Below are positions 25,459-34,896 of a stretch of DNA of 64,000 nucleotides, one piece after another. The DNA comes from Setoptus koraiensis (Eukaryota > Animalia > Arthropoda). Made by a program: the position numbers and the translations under genes. Within the stretch, counting starts at the first letter, position 1. Every line of letters starts with the position of its first letter. The DNA lies in contig CM106585.1 in NCBI GenBank assembly GCA_048013815.1, positions 3,782,001 through 3,846,000 on the forward strand, written 5' to 3'. Below the pieces are notes generated by a model. It ran no database searches. It was given only the letters and a program-made list of their open reading frames with translations, and was not told the DNA's origin.

Positions 25459-26460
25459 TTACCTAAAGTTCTTTAGAGGCTTCTTACCATACCTAGTGTA
25501 CCAGAATAGAAGAGTGCACAGTCCTAAACCAAACCAGGTTATTATATAATTTACATGTTCATTTCTGACAGTTATTTGAGTTTGTCCACCAATTGGGCCA
25601 ATTTTAGGACTCAATCTTTGGTCGGCATCTAAGTATATAGGAGCAGTTTTAAGGGCTTTGGCGAGGGATTCTACGTCACGTATTTGCCATTCGTCTGAAG
25701 TTTCTTTGTTTTTCATTCCATAGGTGTACCTTTTATCAGATAGGCGAAGTATGCCCACTAGGTCTATTGTTTGATCTTTAGAGCCATAAATCGCTTCAAT
25801 TGATTCACCTTGNNNNNNNNNNNNNNNNNNNNNNNNNNNNNNNNNNNNNNNNNNNNNNNNNNNNNNNNNNNNNNNNNNNNNNNNNNNNNNNNNNNNNNNN
25901 NNNNNNNNNNNNNNNNNNNNNNNNNNNNNNNNNNNNNNNNNNNNNNNNNNNNNNNNNNNNNNNNNNNNNNNNNNNNNNNNNNNNNNNNNNNNNNNNNNNN
26001 NNNNNNNNNNNNNNNNNNNNNNNNNNNNNNNNNNNNNNNNNNNNNNNNNNNNNNNNNNNNNNNNNNNNNNNNNNNNNNNNNNNNNNNNNNNNNNNNNNNN
26101 NNNNNNNNNNNNNNNNNNNNNNNNNNNNNNNNNNNNNNNNNNNNNNNNNNNNNNNNNNNNNNNNNNNNNNNNNNNNNNNNNNNNNNNNNNNNNNNNNNNN
26201 NNNNNNNNNNNNNNNNNNNNNNNNNNNNNNNNNNNNNNNNNNNNNNNNNNNNNNNNNNNNNNNNNNNNNNNNNNNNNNNNNNNNNNNNNNNNNNNNNNNN
26301 NNNNNNNNNNNNACGATAATCTCTTTTGTTTGCACCGAAATTTGTCGCTGATACACCGAGGCTTGAGTGCAACCGTTTTCAACTGTTGATAAGTTTGATA
26401 CAAGAGATAATGCATGTTGACGCATCCGAGCGCGGCCGCCAATTTATTAATAGTTTTCAT
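25459..26460 (-). CDS. SURF1: SURF1/Shy1 cytochrome c oxidase assembly factor (interrupted by assembly gap)
   Basis: The C-terminus PIYLDAD...PIGGQTQITVRNEHVNYIITWFGLGLCTLLFWY is the SURF1 signature. First ATG at 26460 begins a basic, presequence-like N-terminus. The middle is missing in the N gap. Confidence 0.85.
   Translation of the reverse strand: MKTINKLAAALGCVNMHYLLYQTYQQLKTVALKPRCISDKFRCKQKRLSXXXXXXXXXXXXXXXXXXXXXXXXXXXXXXXXXXXXXXXXXXXXXXXXXXXXXXXXXXXXXXXXXXXXXXXXXXXXXXXXXXXXXXXXXXXXXXXXXXXXXXXXXXXXXXXXXXXXXXXXXXXXXXXXXXXXXXXXXXXXXXXXXXXXXXXXXXXXXXXXXXXXXXXQGESIEAIYGSKDQTIDLVGILRLSDKRYTYGMKNKETSDEWQIRDVESLAKALKTAPIYLDADQRLSPKIGPIGGQTQITVRNEHVNYIITWFGLGLCTLLFWYTRYGKKPLKNFR
25813..26312. 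other. Assembly gap (500 N)
   Basis: Run of exactly 500 N. The round number suggests a placeholder size. Confidence 0.99.
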
Positions 26461-26711
26461 GGCCGACAAAAGCCAATTTGTTTGTGTCAGACGAGATGGT
26501 GATAATGTTACAACTCTTCTGCTTGTTACTTTGTTACTAACAATGTGTAAATGTTGTGAATCTTAAGACAGTAGCGAAATTGCTGCATTTTAATCGCTGA
26601 CGAATCTCTCATCTCAATTGCAATCTTGAGCGTCCGATCGCAATTGATCTAAGAATCTGCACCATAACTCTGAGCCAAGTTGCCAGAGAAGACAATAAAA
26701 CTAAACGTACT

Positions 26712-26912
26712 GTTTTCCTACTTTGCTAAATTCAATCAATGTTACAAATAGATTGAATAGAACTTTGGACGATTCATTAAGTGTTGCTTTAATCATCTCC
26801 AAAGGTACAATAATGATGCCATAATTTATCGTTAAGACTATACTTTTTGAATTTGATGCAACTGCTATACTAGGTGAATTCGGCAATTCCTACGCCAATT
26901 TGGACTCTCCAA
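26712..26912 (+). pseudogene. Degenerate 5' fragment of the tetraspanin family found at 31.6 and 33.3 kb
   Basis: Nucleotide similarity to 33200-33425 (gatagaactttgg.cgattcattaagtgttgctt..., aagactatacttttt, gctatactaggt). ATG at 26813 is followed by a TAA at codon 4. The residual frame reads FIVKTILF...TAILG...LDSP versus FIIKTILF...TAILG...LDAP. Confidence 0.75.
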
Positions 26913-27129
26913 AGGACGACTTGCAATAAGGGTCTCCAGATTCAAGTTGATCTGACATATACAAATCTAGTATGAGCGTGCTAGAAAATTCATTCTGAAC
27001 ACAAATATACCAATTGCATCACCCTTTAGCTTCTCGTTTGTCCGCTAGGCGGTGTTGATGTGTTTTTCTTTCGGGTCCTCTGGAGCCCCAGTCTCTTGTC
27101 GTAGAGACACGTTCTTGGTGTCAATAGAT

Positions 27130-27242
27130 AGATCTACGAGAGACATATTCATATTATATGAATATTATATGAATATGTCTCTCGTAGATCTGTGTATATG
27201 AATCATATTTACCTACACAGATCATCATATTCACATACACAG
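27130..27242. repeat. Compound inverted repeat: perfect 25-bp stem (27130-27154 / 27167-27191) plus overlapping secondary inverted repeats
   Basis: agatctacgagagacatattcatat is the exact reverse complement of atatgaatatgtctctcgtagatct. Also, gatctgtgta (27187-27196) pairs with tacacagatc (27214-27223). Confidence 0.92.
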
Positions 27243-27789
27243 AGAATCAAGTGAAATCGTCAAATCCCCATAGGGTTAACATGGTTAACGTTTAGATACT
27301 TTAATTAAAATTAAGCGCTAATAATCTTTCGTGGCCCTCGATGCCCGATATGTCGCCTACTTCTACAACCATCGAGTCGCTCATTCTCGATCTTGTCGAC
27401 TGGCCTGGAGCAAAGTTGAAATTGCTCACGATGTTTCTCTCCTCAAGACCACGGTTTATATTGATAGGGTTATCTCCATAGGGCCCTGTCCTCACCGAAG
27501 GCGAGCGGTTCACTTTGTGCCGGCAGGTTTTATTAGCGCTTAATTTTGATTGAGTAGCTATTGGGGTGGTGATGATGGATATGTTTATTCACGTGAGTAG
27601 AACAAATCAGTGCTATTTTCTATCTAGGGAAAATTAGCACAGGCAAGGCATTGAGAAGCATCTGGTAGGTTTCATCGTTCTAAATTTACCTAGTTTGTTA
27701 GTACAGAGAAAGCTAGGAGGCGGAGTCATTAGAAGACAATTATACAAAAAAAAGCTGGGACGCTAACTAGTAAGAATTAGCACGCAAGA

Positions 27790-28411
27790 ATGCTAGATGG
27801 GAGGGAAGAAGGTAGGCAGAATTTCTTTCATCAACACCTTCTTACCTCCCATTTCTTTTTCTTCAGGTATAGATAGATGCCCCGTCTGTTTAGAGGGCCT
27901 TTCACTGGAAATGCGCTCTGTCCGTCTCCTGCCATGCTTCCATGTGCTCTGCTACTTCTGCAACCGCACCCTGGAGGAGACCCTCGTCGTACAGTGCCCT
28001 GTTTGCCGCGGTGCAGTGACAGGATGGGAGCCAGCTGACCCGGCTCATGATGTGTGGGAGGTCGAACGAATCTCCGCCCATCAAGGGAATGGGAAGCATT
28101 CACATTATTATGTGCATTGGGATCCCATTGACGGCCGCGCTCCCTTCCCGCCGTCATGGGAGCCTAAATCTAACCTGGCAGAGACAGCAAAAGAGGCGTT
28201 GGAGGAATTCCATGCTGCACAGCAGCGCATGAACGCAGCTAATTACAGGCAACGGAGGGATCACCCTTCGCGGGAGGTGGTGATTCCCGAACGCCCTCCT
28301 CCAAGGGAAATACCTCCGAGAAAAAAAAACTCCACAAGTGGTTATCATAGATTAAAATATCTTATCTTTTGTCCGACAAAAAACTCATGTCCTCATCAAC
28401 AAAATGTGTAG
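27790..28411 (+). CDS. C3HC4 RING finger plus chromodomain protein (likely 2 exons: 27790-27811, 27867-28411; about 188 aa)
   Basis: RING: CPVC...LPCFHVLCYFC...CPVC. Chromodomain: WEVERI...YYVHW...SWEPKSNL. A 55-nt GT-AG intron (27812-27866) with a strong pyrimidine tract links ATG 27790 in frame (MLDGREEGIDRCPVC). The 3' end is uncertain. Confidence 0.7.
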
Positions 28412-28514
28412 CATTAGTATGCTACATGTGCCATACATGTCTGAACACTTTAACTGAAATAAAACCTGATATACTGGCAGGACCCGATTTTACAAGCGAC
28501 GAAGAATAAAAAAA

Positions 28515-29066
28515 TTACATGTCATCAAAATAAACACGAGCAAAGTCATATACATCTTTCAGAACATGATCCATGAGTTTCTGAAATAAAGAAGGCGCGT
28601 TTTTTAAACCAAACGGAAGTACGTTCCATTCATATAAGCCAACATTGGTGATGAAGACTAATTTAAACTTGTGATTTTCACTTATTGAGATGTCAAGTGT
28701 TGAATATATCACTGCACCTTGAAGATTTAATAATATGTTATCGATCAATGGAATCGGATAACGATCGTCTAATATGTGTTCGTTCAGATAACGATAGTAC
28801 CCACATAAACGAGGTCTTTTACCTGGTGTAACAGCGAATGTAATTCCACTAGACCAATTAGAGAATGATGGTCGAATTAACTTGGCTTTCAGTAGTTCGT
28901 CGATTTGATTTCTTTCTTCGATCTGATTTGCAAGAGTTAAGCGTCGAGGCTTAGCACAAATCGGTATAGTACCTGGTTTCAAGTGGATGTAACATTCAAC
29001 TAAATTAGTTGCTCCAACATCGAAATCATGGCGACCAAATATGTGACTATACTTCTTATTCAGTTC
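28515..29066 (-). mobile_element. Ty3/gypsy LTR-retrotransposon pol (reverse transcriptase) relic
   Basis: KYSHIFGRHDFDVGATNLVECYIHLKPGTIPI...LIRPSFSNWSS...RLCGYYRYLN...YPIPLIDNIL...LYEWNVLPFGLKNAPSLFQKLM...YFDD. It stops right after YxDD, and the usual LDLxxGYxQI segment is partly deleted (TLDIS-ISE). No LTR, RNaseH or integrase seen. Confidence 0.9.
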
Positions 29067-29803
29067 AATTCAATCAATCAACGTTACGTGCCGATTAGAC
29101 AAAATCTAACTCTTTTATACCGCTGATTCCTTTTTCCAAAACTTACTGTTTGAAGCTTGCGACGATGGACAAGACACTCGCCGAAAACTCAGAAGTCGTA
29201 TAAACAATGAGTCATGTGCCTCAAGCAAAGATATGATGAATCTGAGCAAATCTATGCTAGTCATAGCATAACTGATCGCGCAATAACAAGCAACAAGTTG
29301 CATAGCAAGTGAAACTATAAGCATCCGCCGGTAGAAATGATCAAAACTCTCACCCAATCAATTACAATCCCTATATTATCAACTGAAGTGTCAATTTTAT
29401 TTGCAGGGGTCACCTGAAACAGAGAATGACTCATCGATTGTTTCCCTTCCTTATTCAATATCGATGACCGGTCTACATGCTACAACTCACATACTTTACT
29501 AGTCTCCATCAACGCTTCCAACCGCTTCCCGATTCTCCTATATTCGAACAGCTCCCTTTTGTCGATTGAATGGATCGGTGATGAAAAAAAAGCAATATTG
29601 ATATCAGTGTGAGACGCATGATCTTTGATCAAATTCGAAAATAGATTCCAGCGCAGTCTAGAGCTATGACAAAGAATCGAAAGTTTAGTTGTGTTCCACT
29701 TTTGCTGATATATTATTGCCAAGTTGTTGCTATCTCAAGGAAGTACAGTAATTGTTCACAACAAACAGAATCTCTGCAATATAAGAGCAACAAATTCGAG
29801 TAA

Positions 29804-30284
29804 AGTATTTCCCAGTTGTCTTTGTTATTATTTTACTTTCAGCAAGTTGTCGTCGCTTCTCGCTGGGATGCATACAAATTTGAAGATCTGATTAAAATAA
29901 GACCCTTTATTGTGTACGAGGACTATTCGAAGGATGTTACGCTCCGATATGATTATGACCTTGTATTTCCTGAAAATAAAGAAATTCATTTCATAGAAAG
30001 TGGTGAAGAACGGAACAAAGTGATGTTCTATGCTAAATAGAGTTATGGATACTCGCATCAAAAAAAACGAGACAAGAAAGAAAAGATTCGTGCCATTTGC
30101 TGAGGAAGATGACACTGTCAAATTCTATGTCAAGGTGTGCAATGGTTATGGTAACGAGCATTGGAAAAAGGACGATCCGTCGTTTAGGACTTTTGGGATA
30201 ATACAACAAATAGTGACGAACAGGTGCGAACTAAAAATGTCCAGCCATTATCGGAGGATATCTCAAGATTATAAGACATATTAA
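29804..30284 (+). pseudogene. Frameshifted paralog of the orphan secreted protein at 34348-34896
   Basis: QLSLLLFYFQQVVVASRWDAYKFEDLIK...LRYDYDL aligns with QLSLVVL...AVAWAPYTFEQLIRK...LTYDYDF. No in-frame ATG (AAG TAT at the expected start, upstream TAA). Probable frameshift near 30035 into the 30030-30284 ORF (DTRIKK vs ESRIKQ). Confidence 0.6.
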
Positions 30285-30647
30285 TTGGATATTACATGAT
30301 TTGGACTGGCTGACAGTATGTAAGGCGTCTGAGCTAGTGTTTGTCGAACTGCATGTCGGACTAATGCCGACTATGCAAATAAAATTGTTGTATCTCTCCG
30401 GATTAATCATCGAAGATGCAATGGCGAACGAAATTGCCCGTTCTTGACACATTCTACACTTTACGAAAAGAATGAGCAATGAGTTGTTCCTGATATAGAG
30501 ATAAACATACAAGCAGATAAGCCGGCTTGATATTGAAATTCGACCGGACTCTTCGAATGTGTTGGGTTGCCATTTGGAGGCATCGGCATATTTTTGTAAG
30601 TTGAAAACACAAACTACTAGCAATGACAACTGGATAAGGAGGCACAT
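30231..30647 (-). pseudogene. Truncated/frameshifted paralog of the orphan secreted protein
   Basis: ATG at 30647. MCLLIQLSLLVVCVFNLQKYADASKWQPNTFEE matches MYFIQLSLVVLCAVLQNHADAVAWAPYTFEQ. Homology then shifts frame (SNFNIKPA vs NSDIKPV). Upstream 30795-31045 resembles 35040-35285. Confidence 0.65.
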
Positions 30648-31613
30648 TTCTTATGCAAAAGAGAATTTACAATGATTCCCGATACAAACTAATAGGTATT
30701 ATAGCATACTAGGCCTCTATCAATATTATTTTATTTTTATTTTTGTAGTAGTCATATCAAACTAAATACACTCTTGTTAATGATCGAGTCTTAGAAAATC
30801 AGTCAGGACAGAACCTGGATGTATACACCCATATGGCAACTGCAAGAACTACTGGTGGCTCCACAATCTTCTTCTAGTATCCAAGACTACCCTTGTACTG
30901 AATCGCTGCTCGGTTTGATTCGAACATATAGCATAGGGTTTCTGAAGTTAGATGCGAACTGAGTCATGTGAGAATCGATGTAAAAAGGGGCCAAGAATGG
31001 TATACCAGCAAGTTTCACGTGTTGCAACAGGAAGGTTAATTTGAATGTACAGTAGCAAACTTGATGTGTCGGCTTAGTAAAACTGTTAGATCTTTTGATT
31101 TGATGAGCAAACATTTGCCTCCACAATCGGAGCGACTTCCGATTTGATGGTTTCGATGTAAGCAATCCTCTGTAATCAATCATGATCTGCTGATTAGTTA
31201 GATAAACCATCGAGATAAGATGCTAGATGCAGTGCGGTCATTCTTACTGAACAATCTCTCTGATCTTATCGGAGTGATCAAAACTGATCACATCATTCTG
31301 AGAACATTACGAGTGATATCATTTAAATTGCCGAAAAATCTCTTCCCTCGATTGTTGCAATTGTAACAAATCTGATAAAAAATAGATAAAAATCACATGT
31401 ACACTAGACATAACCCCAAGCCAAGTTGCTAGAAAATACGATGAAACCAACGAAACGTGCTGTGTTCGAAGGTCAACAGTTGCACGACATCATTCTTTTT
31501 TCTTAGTTTGCAAAACTCATTTAATGTTGCATATTGTGTTATTATTATATGTATTATTATGTTATATTAGTTATGTTATATTAGTTGCTTCAATCATCTT
31601 CGAATATACAATA

Positions 31614-32436
31614 ATGATAGCAAAATTCATCATTAAGACTATACTTTTCGCGGGATTCCTTTCAACCGCTATACTAGGTTTTGTGATCGCCTTCAATTTA
31701 GCAGCGGCAAAGTATTTTTACATCAGTTTGGACGCCCCAAATTTTTTAGAAAATGTCTCACTATGGATAGGCACTTGTCTAGGCCTGCTTGTGTTCACTT
31801 CGATAATTGGATTTTTCACCCTATGTTATGAGAAAGCCAATGAACTGGTAAGTATCATAAACCTCATCGCAAACCACTTGTGACAAGTCAGATAGCATGA
31901 GATCATTAGCAGCTATTTTAACTATGACATTGTGTCTCCTGTTTCCATTTAAGTTTGCTATAGCGGCATTAATCACTATAATCACATGTTTGATTGTGCT
32001 CATGAAGATACCAAAAGAGGCTGACACAACCAGTAGATTCAGTGAGATTCTTAGAGAAGATATGAAATTATACGATTGGAGAGACGATACGAGAGATTGG
32101 AACAAAGACCGACTTACGCCAGTGCAAAATGCCACAAGACTATGGGATAATCTGCAGCGCTTGGGATACTGCTGCGGTTTGAATGAGCCAATTGAGTGGG
32201 GTGGATCTAATCCAGACAGTGAAAAATATGGCATGTACCCAAAATCTTGTTGCGATCAACCGGAACTAGATGCGAAATCTCTTGAGTATGTTTGCGATTC
32301 TGTTGGATTACGCCAATATGGCTGCATCAAGGCACTTGCAAATCCTCTTATTGCCATGATAATGCTGATTACACTTGGCTTAGTATTGACCGCATTACCT
32401 CTAGCCTATATCGGATATAAGATTTTTTATTATTGA
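31614..32436 (+). CDS. Divergent tetraspanin, copy A (exons 31614-31847, 31954-32436; about 238 aa)
   Basis: Four hydrophobic segments and a large extracellular loop with CCG, PKSCC and distal GC motifs and an NAT sequon. GTAAGT donor at 31848; best acceptor 31953 (106-nt intron, phase 0). An alternative acceptor at 31887 is possible. Confidence 0.85.
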
Positions 32437-32635
32437 TATATACCACGGAATTTATCAGAATCAATTTCTAGCCCGCTTATACTACGAAACAACTGCAACA
32501 TTCAATCGACGGCACAAATCCGCTGTGTATTGTCCAGACATTTCTTTGTGGCGAGATTTCGAGGTGAAGATGATTCAATTGAAATATGTTGATCAATTGA
32601 TGCCGAGAAGAAATGTACATATTAGATGGGAATCT

Positions 32636-33004
32636 TTATTCATTCATGCATTTAGATACTAAACAATACTGATACCAAACCGATTTTCTGTCGTCAGGAG
32701 CATGTATCATTTCTTCGAACCAGTCAACTTCTGAATTTGATTTGTATTCCAGTTCTGGATCATTCTCAAGATCGCTACAAGTAGCGGCGAGTCCCTCGAT
32801 TGTCTCATCTTCTTCTTCTATTTCATCCCTCAACTCTTTCATTGTGTCCCCAAGGTTATCTTGGTTAGCCCTTTTATCAAACATTAGTGTGTCCATCTCG
32901 CGATAAAATTCTCTTTGCTTGATTCTGGATTCTTTGATCAAATTTCTCGCCTCTGACATCTCTTTGTTCCAATCATTATCTCTGTTGTCTCTGTTGATTA
33001 CGAT
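32636..33004 (-). pseudogene. 5'-truncated copy of the orphan secreted acidic protein (no signal peptide)
   Basis: Nearly identical to 34348-34681. It is cut at the duplication junction, and the residual ORF is MSEARNL...SKCMNE. Confidence 0.75.
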
Positions 33005-33299
33005 AACATTAGGAGTGATATCATTTTAATCGCCGAAAAATCTCTTCTCTCGTTTGTTGCAATTGTAACAAATCTGATAAAAAATAGATAAAAATCACAT
33101 GTACACTAGACATAACCCCAAGCCAAGTTGCTAGAAAATACGATGAAACCAACGAAACGTGCTGTATTCGAAGGTCAACAGTTGCACGACATCATTCTTT
33201 TTTCTTAGTTTGCAAAACTCATTTAATGTTGCATAGCAATTGGATAGAACTTTGGCCGATTCATTAAGTGTTGCTTCAATCATCTTCAAATATACAATA

Positions 33300-34149
33300 A
33301 TGATAGCAAAAATCATCATTAAGACTATACTTTTCGCGGGATTCCTTATAACCGCTATACTAGGTTTTCTGATGGCCGTCGTTTTTGTAGGGGCAAAGTA
33401 TTTTTACGCCAGTTTGGATGCCCCGAATTTTTTAGAAAATGTCTCACTATTGATGTACTTCTGCCCTGGCCTGCTTGTGCTCACTTCGATAATTGGATTT
33501 TTCACCCTATGTTATGAGAAAGCCAATAAACTGGTAAGTATCATAAACCTCATCGTCAACCACTTGTGACAAGTCAGATAGCATGAGATCATTAGCAGCT
33601 ATTTTAACTATGACATTGTGTCTCCTATTTCCATTTAAGTTTGCTATAGCGGCACTAATCACTATAATCCTAGGTTTGATTGTGCTCATGAAGATACCAA
33701 CCGAGGCTGACACAACCAGTAGATTCAGTGAAATTCTTAGAGAAGATATGAAATTATACGATTGGAGAGACGATACGAGAGATTGGAACGAAACCCAACT
33801 TACGCCAGTGCAAAATGCCACAAGACTATGGGATAATCTGCAGAGCGTGGCACACTGCTGCGGTTTGAATGAGCCAATTGAGTGGGGTGGATCTAATCCA
33901 GACAGTGAAAAATATGGCATGTACCCAAAATCTTGTTGCGATCAACCGGAACTAGATGCGAAATCTCTTGAGTATGTTTGCGATTCTGTTGGATTGCGCC
34001 AATATCGAGGCTGCATCAAGAGACTTGCAGTTCCTTTAATTGGCACGACGGCAGTGATTAGAATTGGCTTAATATTGATCGCATTACCTCTAGCCTATAT
34101 CAGATATAAATATAAAATCAAGCAACAAAATCAATGTCTAGCCCGCTAA
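33300..34149 (+). CDS. Divergent tetraspanin, copy B (exons 33300-33533, 33640-34149; about 247 aa)
   Basis: Same architecture as copy A (AHCCG, PKSCC, YRGC), with a GTAAGT donor at 33534 and acceptor at 33639. Confidence 0.85.
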
Positions 34150-34347
34150 TTCTATTAAAAAACTCCAACATTCACTCGACGGCACAAATTCGCTGTGTAT
34201 TGTCCAGACATTTCTTTGTGGTGAGATTTCGAGGTGAAGATGGTTCAATTAAAATATGTAGATCAATTGATGCTGATAAGAAATGTACATATTAGATGGG
34301 AATCTTTATTCATTCATGCATTTAGATACTAGACGATACTGTTAACT

Positions 34348-34896
34348 CTACCAAACCGATTTTCTGTCGTCAGGAGCGTGTATCATTTCTTCGAACCAGT
34401 CAACTTCTGAATTTGATTTGTATTCCAGTTCTGGATCATCCTCAAGATCCCTACAAGTAGCGGCGAGTCCCTCGATTGTCTCATCTTCTTCTTCTATTTC
34501 ATCCCTCAACTCTTTCATTGTGTCCCCAAGATTATCTTGGTTAGCCCTTTTATCAAACATTAGTGTGACCATCTTGCGATAAAGTTCTCTTTGCTTGATT
34601 CTGGATTCTTTGATCAAATTTCTCGCCTCGGACATTTCTTTGTTCCAATTATCATCTCTGTAGTTCCTGTTGATTACGATATCTTCGTCATCAAGGAGAC
34701 TGAAATCGTAGTCATAAGTTAATCTAGAATCCGGTATATTGCTGAAACGTGGTTCAACTGGCTTAATATCCGAATTCAGTGGGACAAAGTCTTTCCTTAT
34801 TAACTGTTCGAATGTGTACGGCGCCCATGCGACGGCATCGGCATGATTCTGCAAAACAGCACAAAGTACCACCAGTGACAACTGTATAAAGTACAT
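34348..34896 (-). CDS. Orphan secreted acidic protein, 182 aa (signal peptide plus D/E-rich helical region)
   Basis: ATG at 34896. The hydrophobic N-terminus MYFIQLSLVVLCAVLQNHADA ends in A-x-A. There is a charged helical C-half (KELRDEIEEEDETIEGLAATC). No known domain recognised. Confidence 0.7.
   Translation of the reverse strand: MYFIQLSLVVLCAVLQNHADAVAWAPYTFEQLIRKDFVPLNSDIKPVEPRFSNIPDSRLTYDYDFSLLDDEDIVINRNYRDDNWNKEMSEARNLIKESRIKQRELYRKMVTLMFDKRANQDNLGDTMKELRDEIEEEDETIEGLAATCRDLEDDPELEYKSNSEVDWFEEMIHAPDDRKSVW

Larger units (their letters stand above)
31304..34681. repeat. Tandem segmental duplication of about 1.7 kb (unit A 31304-33004, unit B 33005-34681)
   Basis: Long near-identical stretches at offset about 1680-1700 (ATGs 31614/33300, donors 31848/33534). 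The junction at about 33004 joins the secreted-gene sequence (ctgttgattacgata) to the tetraspanin upstream region (aacatta.gagtgatatc). Confidence 0.93.

Noticed and set aside
25764-26425. Extra ORFs spanning the N run
   Set aside because: They are artefacts of the assembly gap. Only the SURF1 frame has homology, and its frame continuity across a placeholder gap may be coincidental.
29115-29722. Minus-strand ORFs weakly resembling the secreted family (RWNLFSNLIKD)
   Set aside because: Similarity is too short, with no signal peptide or QLSL motif in frame.
31898-31915. tgagatcatt matching the 5' end of bantam miRNA (also at 33584)
   Set aside because: Only about 10 nt match and there is no complementary arm to form a pre-miRNA hairpin.
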